NCBI GenBank assembly: GCA_046563655.1 | Contig: CM102289.1 | Span: forward strand, 3,720,001 to 3,784,000 | Direction: 5' to 3' | Length of the DNA stretch: 64,000 bases | Source: Yuukianura sp. NJ FZ-2021 | Lineage: Eukaryota | Shown here: one piece after another, positions 52,001-64,000 of the stretch | Layout of the letters: every line of letters starts with the position of its first letter | Numbering within the stretch: the first letter of the stretch is position 1 | Made by a program: the position numbers and the translations under genes | The notes under the pieces: generated by a model | The model's database searches: none | What the model saw: the letters and a program-made list of their open reading frames with translations, nothing else | Told to the model about the DNA's origin: nothing

Positions 52001-52899
52001 TCTACTACATTTGAGAAAGTTTGACTTCCGAGAGAACTTCAGCTCAAATCAAATCGAAACTTTGTGTTAGTATCACACAGACTCTAAAATCTTTCAAATT
52101 GAATTTGAACTATTGTTAGCACCGAGGAATAACAATTCCAAAAGTAACCACTTTCTATACCAAAACATTTTGATCTCAAAGTTTCAACTGAAACGGTTTC
52201 AAGTGTATGAAAGTTAGGAGAATTGAAGTGAGGATGATAAACAGATCAAGCTGTAGCTAGAGTTGATCCAAATTGAAGTTGATAGATTGATCCCAGTCTT
52301 CCATGTGGAGCGTCTATCTGGGATTTGAAGTTGGCTCTGCTTTAGTTCTCAGATTGACTGGAATAAATCGGAAATGCGGCACATGGATTTAGCTTTTTAC
52401 GAAATTCGCTCCGTTTTAACTTCCAGATCCGATTTCTCGGTTGGGCAAAAGCGCACGGGGAGCTTTTAACCTCCTTTTAAATCCAATGTTCATCCCCATT
52501 TCTCTTTTTATTCGATACAAATGGTGTGTGTGGTGTGTGGTGTTGGGTTTCAAAATTTGAAGTCCATGAAATTCAATTTCCAACCATAACGAGCCAAACC
52601 ATGTTGGCTGGATCAAGTTAATCAAAACACGAAAGGAGTCCAGTGAAAAATAGATTTAAAGTAGCCTAGCCACCAAGCGTAACGTATGGAGATCCAAACT
52701 GGTTCATAAAACTATCAATTTCAATAAATAAAATTTAAATATAATGAAGAATTGTAGGCTGTCGGTCACTACGTTTCAAATTATTTGACCAATTCAACAC
52801 TTCCTTAATCGGTTACCGTAATTAATCGTCAATTAACGCGCACACTACCTTTCACGTTCTGTACTATATTTCAGTAAGGGTGAGGTTGTGTTAGGCTAC

Positions 52900-53530
52900 T
52901 ATTTTTCATCTAGCTGAACTTTGTATTGTAATGTTGATGTTTTGGTAATGAATCACAATGAAATAACCCCGCATAACCGGAAAACGATGTACAGCCTGGT
53001 TAAAGTTGGTATGTTTTGTGGGAATCAGACTACCCAAGTCATTTTATTCAATCCAACATTGGTAGAACAATTGTCGGTAATGAGGACTTTAAGCATTAGT
53101 GAGCCACGAATTTGAAAGTTGGCGTGGGTTCGATACCCACTACCATCAATGAAAAAAAAATATTCTGAGTCGACACTTTTTTCATCTAGCTGGACCTTGT
53201 ATTGTACTAATGCTGATGTTAATTAGTGTTAATGGTGTTTTGATATTAATTAATCATAATGAAATATTCCCCCACCCCATACGCCGACCAGCTATGTTGA
53301 AGTAAGTAAATACTGTGTTGTGAAGATTCGGTATAAGCTTCAACTTATAGGCAACTCTACTCATTGAATTAAATCAAAAATTAGTACAATAATTAGTATT
53401 GTTGGCAATGATGGCTTATTGGTGAGTGTTGTGGGACTTCCGTATGAGGGCCCTGGGTTCGAAACCCAGTTGCATCTTATGAGAAAAAAAGACTTTGAGC
53501 TGACATTTTTTTTCGCCTAGCTTTGGATTA
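52900..53530 (+). mobile_element. Tandem tRNA-derived SINE-like units (copies at about 53071-53192 and 53399-53522)
   Basis: B-boxes gggttcgataccc and gggttcgaaaccc; tail tttttcatctagctg recurs near 52902, 53178 and (diverged) 53508. Confidence 0.6.
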
Positions 53531-55962
53531 TTGCAAATGTTACCTTATCTGGCATCTTATGAGTTCAATTTATTCAAAAATTCCATTTCACTTCCGTGTT
53601 GGTTATGAATTCCTTGCATATTGTTTAGTACCCATTTAAAGAATGCATTCTTTTCAACTACCCGCCCCGCACTGTCGCGTCTTTTGAACGCATCGCTTCC
53701 AGGAAGCACTAATCTTAAATTGACATTTAAAAATGTTAGATCGATGAGCTGTGAAATAAGAGCGTCAAATGAAAGAAGTGGTTTACCATTAAGAGGGGAA
53801 GTTGTGAAAGTACGGATAATCTGCTGGGGAAAATCGACTTCGAACTTTCTCTCGTCATTTGAAAAAATGGAACTTAAGGACAAGAGCAGCAGTTAGTTCA
53901 GTTTTGAAACGACCACATTGGAGGAATAGGAGGCGGGTGTTGTATGAACCGGAGGGAAGTTTAAATTAGACAAGAGATAAAAATGCCAACACCATGTTTT
54001 CACTTTGGTGAAACTTGAAATAATTACCCATTCTGACTTTCTCCCGCGTCCTAATCCACACCAGAAGCAACTTTTCCGTCTACTACACTATACTAACCGC
54101 CACCCCGAAAAACTTTACCACAAACCCACTCAGCCATAATGAGGTTCCTACGGAGTTTGTTAAGCTTCCGACTACCAGGCAATCCTATTCTAAGAACCTC
54201 ATTCAGGATTCCAAAATCCAACGGCTCCACTCATTATGTTCCTCTAGGCGGAAATGCAATCGTGTGTTTTGTATTATTAGAACAAGATGAAACTTCCATT
54301 TTCCTACAGAGACTTCTAAACTACACAAGCACCATCTTAGAACAATCTTGACTAGACGGAGATTACAGTTGAGACGAAGGAAATCTTATCAAATGGAAAC
54401 CTTCTTGTTTCTAACCTAACTTTCCCGGAATTCTTCTGTGGTGCTTCCTTAAGTCTTCCCGCGTGAACTTAGAGCGGCTTGCTTCAACTTATTTCCTGTC
54501 GGTTTTTTTAGAAAAGGAAAAGACCGAGCAGCTTGAACTTCCGTTTCTTTTCAACTAGCAAATTGCATTGAACTTTTAACGTTAGGTTAGGCGGAAGGTA
54601 GTCACTACTTTGGCTTCTTTCCGCTGAACCTCTTTGGGAGGTTAAAGGTGGAAGGCATATAAATAACAGAGTGTCGAACGGTTCACTTGACTTAACTTTT
54701 TTTGGCACACAACAACACTAAAAAGCCGCCTTTTCCCAATTACTAGATTCCATTCCGCTTTCCCGCCCGCGTTTTCGGATTTAGTTTTAGCTTGGCCTAT
54801 AGTCTCAAACGTGAAGAAACTTCAACTGTGAGTCAAAAATTTCTTAACTTTTAGATAAGCAAAGAGTCATAAGTCAAGGAGTTAACTGACAGGACAAGTA
54901 AATGGATCATGAGGAAATTAGAAAAACATGTCATAAGGTTAATTTGGCTAAGAAAATAGCTTTTTATGCAGACTACGCTTTCGAACCAACGCTGTAGCTA
55001 TAGAAGCTTAAATGAACTTTGACTTGAGAAACAAGATTTTGCTGAAGAATTTGTAATGAACAGAAACCCAAACATTTCTTCACGGGAGACAGAGACAATC
55101 CGAACTGAAAGCAAAACCGAAAAGGGATAATCCCTACGGGATTCAGACGTACATCTTGCTTTGGAATTTTTTTTGGCATTTGAAAAAATATACAAAAACA
55201 AAAGAAATGTTTTGGACCAGTGTGCGCTTCTAACACAAACCTGCCGTCTTTTGTTCAACATTTGTTTAAGAAAAGTCAAGTTCTTACGAAAACAAAAACC
55301 TGAGCAGAGAGTATTGGGAAACAAAGGAATTGCAATTTCAAAAAAGTTTTACTTTTTTGTGGCATTTGTTTTTCAACTTTCCTTTTGAAAAAAGTTTCTG
55401 ATCAATTTCACAAAATGTATGAAAAAGCGATTTCAAATTCAGAACAGGAAACCTTGTATTATGGTTCCAAATGGCTTTTCCGACTCAAAGCACAGTGCTC
55501 TCTCTTTTTCTTTTGCTGAAGATTCAAACTTCAAAGTCTACCAGTACTATTCAGAGGAACGGATTCACAAAAGATGTTGTTCACAAAATTCTTATTTCCA
55601 CATCTATCAAAATTTTTGAATATAAAACAAGTTTTCAAGTCTGAGAGAATTTTCAATAAGGTTTCTGTTTTTTACACGCTTCTAAAGTTCCATTTCGAAT
55701 CGAATCGAACCGGGAACTGTTGACTCGAAATACATTGAAATTAAAACATTGGTTACTTACAAATTGATGCCTCCTTGGATTCATATAAAGCACAAAATAA
55801 ATTTTTCATCTAACCTTGTTTCCGATGTTCAGACAGACAAAATAATAACATGGTAAAATAGTAACAATGGTAAAAGTTCATGCTACCTCCACAAAATATT
55901 TAAAGATACAGCTCATAGGGGTGATTCACCGTTATTTAACGGCCACACTACAACATAAGATT

Positions 55963-56084
55963 CCGCTAGGTGAAAAAAATGTTAGCTCAGAATTTTTTTT
56001 TGTCATAGAAGGTAGCAGGGATCGAACCCAGACCCTCAAATCAAGAAGAGACAACGTTAACCATCGCCATCACAGCCAACAATA
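55963..56084 (-). mobile_element. tRNA-derived SINE-like repeat, copy 4
   Basis: Reverse complement reads ttgttggctgtgatggcgatggttaa...gggttcgatccct...atgac-A9-ttctgagctaaca-T7-cacctagc. Confidence 0.6.
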
Positions 56085-56097
56085 CCTACCGAACTCA

Positions 56098-56333
56098 ATT
56101 AAGCTGATTGGCTTCCTTAAATTCGATCAATTTTTTCTCGCTGAAACACCGTAAAACCTACGCTTGAGGTGGTCCGGTTCATGACCAATGTTGCCTCTGT
56201 AATCAAAATCAGAGGTATGGACCACCCAATGTGTCAAGAGTTTAATTTGTTTAAGTTGGTTCTCTCCAAAAACTTGAAGTTTTACGGTGTTTCAGCGAAA
56301 AAAAAGGGGCCAAATGTGAGGAAGTCGGCTTAA
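56098..56333. mobile_element. MITE-like inverted-repeat element
   Basis: Perfect 20-bp inverted repeat, 56138-56157 versus 56279-56298, imperfect extension to ttaagc...gcttaa, plus an inner ggtggtcc/ggaccacc pair. Confidence 0.6.
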
Positions 56334-59300
56334 GGGTACACTGAACCCAAACACACCGAAAACACACCATCTTAAACTAGAATTCGTGGAATTCTTGGTT
56401 AGTTCTTATGTCTCAGAACGAATAAAAAAACCCGAAGACGTACTCTGATGACCCCTCTCATCAAGGTGTAGCCGAGGTCAAGTTAGCCTCAACCGCCTAT
56501 TGATTCCTTCACGACCCATAAACTTTCTCTCTCTAATTGGCCCTAAACTTTGGACAGAAGTAAATAAGCAACGGGTCTCCCTGTTCTACCCGAATTCGGG
56601 TAGAGTCAATAAAGGTCACCCTTGGTCATTGGGAACTTTGTGAAGAGGCACTTAAAGGCCCATTCCCATCACGGCCCATTCTCTCCCCGACGCTTCCCTT
56701 ACACTCCGCCTGTCACAAAATGTCATGGTTCTACCATGTCAAATAGTCTAGGAAATGAGTGCCACTTGACGATCCCCTTGCTTCTTCCGATCTTAAGTTC
56801 GGTTAGGTTGGACATAACCTAACCTACTAGTCAAAAGAAATGAGAGAGATTTGATCCAGGACCGGAGTGACCATTCATTCAGTGGAAAAACAGTTTAGTT
56901 ACAAGAGAGACTCTTTCCTGGAGCCAAATGCCCGGGAATATTTGTGTTCAGCCCATTGAAATAAAAGAGAAAGCTGGAAATGGAAAAGTTTATGAAGGCT
57001 TTTGGCCATTACAGTTTAATAAACCAAATGGGCAAGTTTGACCGTAACTTACCACTACCGGTCACTACCTCGAGTCAATTATTCCAGACTACTTTTTCCA
57101 TTTCTATAAGTATAACCATAAAGACAATTCAATGGGAGGGAGACGAAGATGGTGAAAGGCCACCTAAAGAGCATGTTCAAAAGTTGTTTCTTTTTTGAAT
57201 AACATTAACATTCAGTTTTGAATGAAAATTTTTGAAAGGTCATCTCGTTTAAGCAATTGGCAACAATGTATGACTTGTATTTTTGTTCAATGATTCAACA
57301 CAGCTTTTACCATTATGAATTCATGTTTACTTTAGCTTTAGAAGAAAATGGCAAGTCATTTGCGATTCATTTGAGGGGTAACGCCTAGTTTTTAGATCCA
57401 TATAAATTATGCATCGAAGAACAACACGTCAGTTTCTATTAAGCTTTTCAACCTGTCAACGTTTTTACAAAGATTCCATTTTACAACCAACGGAAAATTG
57501 AAACAAAATGGATGTTTGCACGACTCCAATGTTTAATGTTGCCTAATTGGAACGTGGAGCCCCCGTTGCACGTTTTCCGCCAAATCCAATTTTTGTTTGA
57601 AAAATTAAATCGTATCGAAAAAACATGACAAAGGTGCCAACTTTTTTTAAAACATAATTTTCTGCAATTTCAAAGAATTTTTAGTGCGTTTACCTTCAAC
57701 TTTAGTGTAGTAAAGCCAAACATGTTGCGAATGACGTCGACCTCGAAATTTTGAATGTAACAACATTGATTGTTACCGAGTCGACTTGCAAATGCATTTG
57801 AACTCGCGCCTTTTCCAAGGTTTCAAGCGCCCATTTTGAACCATGTGCTGCACAATACTTTCTGAACACTGACGGCCTCATTTCAAAGTTATACACAATT
57901 CTGTGGTTTTGCATTATTAAAATAGACGGCGCCTGGAGACTAAACTCTATGAGTTTTGAAAATTGCAAACTAAGCAACCCGGTAGCGCCAAAATTTTGAA
58001 ATAATTGCTTTTCAAACGTGCCAATTTCAGCTAGAAAGGACGAACATGCAGTTTATACAGTAGTAACGCTAACATAGTTTCCCTGAGGCCGTTTCGGGGC
58101 CACCCAGCAGCTCCATTATACAAAATCGATTGAATTCAAATTTATCGAATCCTCCCTCACCCAAGAATGATTATCCAGCTTAAAATTTAATCCGCCACAA
58201 AAACAACTCACCCGCGATTGGCTCACGGCGCTGTATTTTCTAATTCCAAAAGTGAAAGCGTTTCATTTTCCTGCCCTTCCTGGAGCTACTAAATTCATCA
58301 ACTAACTTTTCATAACGTCAAACCTTCAAACCTAATGACTATAACCAGTGTGTAGAAATTAATGAAAAAGTGGACTGAGGGTGTAATTACAATTTGAAGA
58401 CAATTCCAGTGATGGATTAACTTTATAGGGGTCTCGTAAGTGGGTCAGATTTCATTAGGAGGTTCATTAGTTCTTGATTTTTCGGACGGGGGATATTTAA
58501 TTCTCGACGACGGTTCCGGATCCGCCCCACTCGACTTTCGTAAGCGACAGCAGCATTATAGATTACTATATTTTACTAGATTCAAATTCAAATTCTACTC
58601 TACAATACACATTTTACTTTACAACGGTCACAAATAAGAAAAGCTTGAGCTAAGGGGTTAGTGGGTGTGTCAATCTGTTAAAATTGTATTTTATATAATA
58701 CATTATAATGCATTTTAATATGTCAAGAGAAAGTTCACCTTGTGGGTACTTGGAGTATTTCGACCGTTCTTCCACTTCGTTCCCGCCAGTTGATATCGGG
58801 ATAAAGAAAATTAAAAAAGTCATTTTCCAGGTTACCCGCCAAAAGTTTTTCCTTGGAAAAGGATAGTGGTGGTCCACGACACTGCTGCTCTCCATATTAA
58901 AAATCCTTTGCACAAAAAAGTAATTCACTTGCGTAAGCTGCGTGTGGTGCTCAGCTTTCTCTTTTTCTTCTATCAAAGTATTTTCATTTTAAAACTTTTT
59001 TTTTCTCTAGAAAAACTTAACTCGGGTGTCGTTCCTTTGCCCTCTTCACTCACTTTTTCCTATGACACTATAACTTTTATTTCCTGTGCACTTTTCAAAA
59101 AGTAAATTTTTTGAGGTTAGTTAGTCAAGTTGGAGGAAAAAAGTGGAGAAAGTTACAGGGAAAATGCAAGTTCTTGTTTCTTCCAAGTTTGGAACAGAAG
59201 TGTCGTCGTGGTTCGCCTTTCTTCCTTACTACTGTGTAGTACTAACCTAAACTTTCTCTCATCCGTCTCACAGTCACAATCCAATTTCAGGCCGCACTTT

Positions 59301-62050
59301 CCCGCTCATTATTTTCACCACCACCACTCACTCCTTTATGCACTAACACCAACAACATACCATTAACTCCTTGTTATTTTCCAGAAACATGAGTATCACT
59401 TTCCCCTAATTGTGTTTCCAACACCTCTATTCTCCAAAGACCAAGAAGTTTCTTCCTTACAACCTTATTTTATAACGTCGACAAAGTTTTTTTTAAGCCA
59501 AAAGTGGATCTCTACAACGCTAGGTTTTGCAATCGCTTGACATTTTTTATTTTGCAAACGAGTTCAAGCTTAATCCGTCGTTACTTCTCTGAGTTCAAGG
59601 GATCACGCTGATACGGCAGCGATTCTCTCTCTGCCTCTCGCACTCAAGAACTAGAATGGAGAAGAACTTTAATGCAATGCAATTAATCATGGTGGTGATG
59701 GGCTATGGCTTCTAGCCCTATCATCATCATTATGCTTAATGGGCCCTGGTCTTCTTCGTCTATTGTCCGCACTAGGGTTTAGGCTAGGAGAGATACGTTA
59801 GGCTGGGTTAGAGATCCCTATCTCCCCATTTACACTAGCTTCCGCTTCAAATTTTCCTCTAGACACGGACGCAGTACCAGCAGCAGTAGCTGTAGTTCAG
59901 CGTTAGCACTCTGGAGCCAAGTGGTGGTCTCTATTGTTTCAGCGTCCACGTCCAAATGACTCTCTGGAGTGAGGGTAATCAGAGATGTTTTCACAACAGC
60001 GGCACTTAAGCACGAGAATGGATGATTCGCCAAAATTTGGTAAAATTTTAACAGGGTATAAACGCTTTGCAAAACTCAAAACGCACTGTCACTTTCCCTA
60101 TTTTTAAAAGTTACAGCTCAGAGCAGCGTCAGAGTCCAAATGTCAGAGCAATGGTGGGCTGGCAAATGCCTGCGAAATGTTAGAGTGAACAGCGTTGTTG
60201 GTATTGCTTTCTCCGCAAGTGCTTGGGTTGGTGTAAGTTGGAGTTGGAGTGGAGTGGTCCTGTGAACCGCGGCGGTCTTCCTCAGAGACTGAAAACGCAG
60301 CGAAGGTTTTGGACAAAAGGGAGGTTTCCTGTGTATGTGTGTGGGATTGAATAAAGAGTCTGTCTTTATAACAACTTTCTCGTTATAATCCCAAATCTCG
60401 GATTCGGGTGAATTTTCTCCGGGAGTTGATTCTGCGTTGTTATGTTCCAAAGCAGAAGAGCAGCAGAGGCTTTTCCCTTCTAGTACTTCGGAGTACTGGT
60501 GAGTCCTGGGAAAGAAACGCCGTTTGGGAGTGCTAGTTAGAGCAGAGAATGGCACAAAAAAGGAGGTTTTACTCCCTAACGTTATTACGTGTGAGGCTAT
60601 CTTGAGGATCAATCCAAAGTCGACAGAGATGAAGCAAGAATTTCATCATCCCGGGTTTTTCGCCCGTCAAAAACCCTTGCTTGGAATCACTTTCTCCTTC
60701 AGCTTCAGCAGTCGTTACAACTCCAGCTTTCCGTCATAAGAAAACCTGAAAATCTAACTCACTCTATCTAACATTTTTCGTAATTTCATAACTCCAAATC
60801 CAACAAAAGATCCATAGTTTTTACAAAAGAAAAAAGTTTGGTAACTTCTAACTGAAAACTTTACTGTACTATCTGTAATCAAAATTGCAAAAATTAACTT
60901 AAAACCTAAATCAAATTGGCCTCTTTTCAGTAAATGTTTTTAAAAACACTTCTCCAAAAAGTCTCTCAGCCTATCCTAACATTTGTACAATTGAAATATC
61001 CGACTGTGAGATAATTTTGATCGAAATATCAAGTTAATGTCAAGATGCCAATGTGATGATATTTCACAATTTGCTCAAGTTAGGCTCAAAATTTCAAAAA
61101 CAACTTCTATCTACACCGGAAGTTGAATTAACACTACTAAAATAACATAGAAAGTTAAATCAAAGCACTAAAAAGAAGATATTTGTCACCCTAAAGAAAA
61201 CGAAACGCGTCTCTTTCGCTCACAATCCAAAAAATTCACGAAATGCAAAATTTTGCACCTTACAGCAACAGGAAACTGAATTAGGCAATACATCAAAAAG
61301 AAAATTAGGTGAATATTGATACGTCAACGTTTCATGTCAGGCTCTAGTTGTAGTTGATTTCAATTAGCAAGAAAACTGAGAATTTAATAGGATTGCGTGG
61401 AGGTGGGAATTGAATTTGGAGTGGTCATGGCTTTAGATGAACTTCATCTGCAGTAAATAGGCTTTCCTTTGTGAAATACTATGCAACTCACATAAGGATC
61501 AAAGGAATTTCAGAAACAGGAGAATGGGCGATGTCGTGGTTTTGTGCCAAATTTTGAAATCTCCCACCACAACACACAAAGACTGGACTCTGGACGGGCT
61601 CGTTTCACACGCTATGCACCTTTGATCTCAGAAAGTTAGAAATACCCGTACTTTGGTTTTTGCATAATGTGATTTCTCCCTGCTGTTTGCATTCACAGCG
61701 GGAAAGCACAGCAGTATAATACTTGCGTCACAGCAAGCCAACTACGACCGCCGCCATTCAAATCCAAACTTTTTATGTTTTCCTTGCATGTATGTTCTCG
61801 TGTGATGTAATGCCTTTGTTCTCCTGTCTCTATTCATGGCTTGATACGTTTAGGTTATGTTGTTGTTGAATTGGAAGTGAAAGTAATTCGGGCCAGAGGT
61901 TTGCATGTTGTCCTTGACAGATTCCTGTGATTGATATGTTAATTTAGCAGATCTGTGTCGATTCCTATTCGACGGCATGGGAGATCCATATCACAGTTAT
62001 TGCCCATTCAAAGTCTCAGTTTTCTTTTGGGACGTGGACTATTATTGTTT

Positions 62051-62605
62051 CAGAGTTCGGGAGTTTCGGTCCGCTCCCGATCATTTCGGGTTACTTTCCA
62101 TTCCCGCTTCCGATCATTTCGGCTAGGTTAAATCAAAGGTCAGCGCAAATATTTCTCCAAATTTTATTTCTGTTGACCTCTGACCTGAGGAAGTGGCCGT
62201 AGTGTCATAGTTCATAGAACGCAAAATATTACCCTTATGACTATAACAACTTTCGTATGGGACACTTTTGAATTTGTCAGGGGTACCCACTTCAGTCTCT
62301 GGACTTCGAACATTTTCGAGTCTAGATTATGAAAAAGTGGGAAGGGGGACGCTTGGGTGTCAAAAAAAATTTCTTGCTCCAAACGTCCCAAAAACGTTTG
62401 AAGCAAGTTTGATAACAAAAAATGAAAAAAAGGAGGAAAAATTTTTTTTTTGAAATTTTCGACCAGCAAACCTGAAAAACGTTTCACTGCCCGAAAAACG
62501 ATAATCTAAACGGGAGCGGGGCGACCCTCCCGATCATTTTAATTACGATCGGGATCGGGCATTGCATAGGAGTGGGGTTATGGGAATGGAGTTCCCCGAA
62601 CTCTG
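62051..62605. mobile_element. Non-autonomous hAT-type DNA transposon (555 bp)
   Basis: Terminal inverted repeats CAGAGTTCGGG...CCCGAACTCTG; 8-bp flanks TATTGTTT and TACTGTTT (7/8); subterminal ccgatcattt repeats; no transposase ORF. Confidence 0.75.
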
Positions 62606-64000
62606 TACTGTTTATTGTTTCCCTTTGAATGGCCTCGTTTTCTTCCCGGAGAAAATCGTATTTTTAACAAAGTTTTTTAAGAAATTGCAAGTTTCTCCCA
62701 GTGGGCTAAGCCCCCAAGTTGGAAATTATGGCTAATTTCCGGACATGTTCCCACCCCCTTTGACACTGTTTTTCCTAATCTACGGTACTTAAGAACTGGT
62801 CCAAAGGGTGTCGGAAATTAGAACAAGTTCTCTAATTTGTGGTTCACAAGAATGAGTTACCGACCGCCGGCAGTTTAAGTTTTTCCAGAGAATTTTGAAA
62901 AAGAAATCAAATGGTGGAGTTCGCAAAATATGGTCGGAGAATGAAAAAATAAAGCTGGGGCAGTGTAGAGGTAAAGGTATGCGTCAATTCAAATTGTTCC
63001 ATTCGTTCACTGACCCTGGCTTAAGAATGGTATCTGCCAAATGTATTCCATATTAAGTAAAGATTTTAATTTTCGAGATACGCAATGTCGCATGTTATTC
63101 AGTAGCCACCGCAAAGGCTACAATTTGTAAAACCTTGAGGGTGGATATTAGGGGGGTTCGTTGGAAAGGAATTTTTTTTACCCGGTTTTCATTTTGGCGG
63201 GCGTTCCCTGTTCGACACAAATTGCTCTATTCATTCAACACAATCAATAATTATGCTGCGTGGCTCGACCAGAGTAATTACAAAGGCATAAAAATTGCAC
63301 ACTTTACACGAGTGTTTTTAGAGCTGCGTTGAATTTCACAACCTAAAACAAAATGCGAACATCAAATAACAATAAGTGTCTAATTTTGATTTTTCTTTTC
63401 AAATTTTGAATTCACGTTTCAAATAATTTTATTTCCAACTAAAAGTACAAGACGCCTAGAATTTTGTAAACTTAGAGTTGACAGGTCACGTTAAATTATT
63501 CGAACTCCAACAAAGAGATCTTGATTCGAACACCAAAAGAAGCCAATTTCTTTTGTTTGTTGTGAAACAGCTCGTGCCAATTTGAGTTGCCAATCTCAGC
63601 ATTTTGTGGAATTAGTTGATGGAACTGGCGTTTGGATAGAGTGAATGCTTTGCTGCGAAGTGCCATGTCATTCATTGTCTTCTTCTGTTGGAAGGTCTCC
63701 GTCAGCTGAAATCTCTGATGTGATGAGTTTTAGTTTATACAAAAGCCTATGAGAATGGGCAGAAGATGAGATGACAGAATGGAATCTCACCAAAACAGAC
63801 AAGACAACACAATCCTATTCTTCCGTTGCCAAGCTAAAAACGGAGCACAGCAACAACGACAAGCCTTCCCTGTTCCCATTCGCAATCACTTTCTCAGTTT
63901 CTCGGGGATTTCGGGTTTTTTCTTTTCCGGGTTTGTCGCTTTTTCATTTCTGAAGCTGCTCTTCTCCCTTCAACTTTCGTCTGCCTGAGGTGACGAGGCG

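Noticed and set aside
49174..63988. Short ORFs upstream of the dpr exons, including first-exon candidates near 57690-57770 and 59610-59690
   Set aside because: Composition typical of AT-rich noncoding DNA; candidates lack either a signal peptide or a good donor.
1..64000. Horizontally acquired or prokaryotic genes
   Set aside because: All supported genes are intron-containing metazoan-type or orphan secreted genes.

Overview
Eukaryotic, AT-rich DNA from a compact arthropod genome with mostly 60-110 nt GT-AG introns; a springtail-like hexapod is plausible but is inference only. The ORF track therefore shows exon fragments, and I rebuilt genes by hand from splice sites and reading phase. The first 41 kb is gene dense. 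It holds an ENPP-type ectonucleotide phosphodiesterase, a 4-15 kb cluster of five secreted orphan or cuticle-like genes (one a 45-aa peptide gene absent from the ORF track), ABCB6/HMT-1, PTGES2, an OGFOD3-like gene, PRCC, a small 4-Cys secreted protein, a 21-exon glycine-rich gene, a PHD-like finger gene, PSMB2 and UTP23. The last 23 kb carries a large-intron dpr-family two-Ig gene on the minus strand with MITE-like and tRNA-derived SINE-like repeats. Most notable: (1) the putative pyroGlu/amidated cationic micropeptide; (2) the OGFOD3 homolog lacking all expected Fe/2-oxoglutarate ligands; (3) the Gly-rich gene built from 18 frame-neutral phase-1 exons. No tRNA, rRNA or CRISPR was found. Family assignments come from recalled motifs, not database searches.
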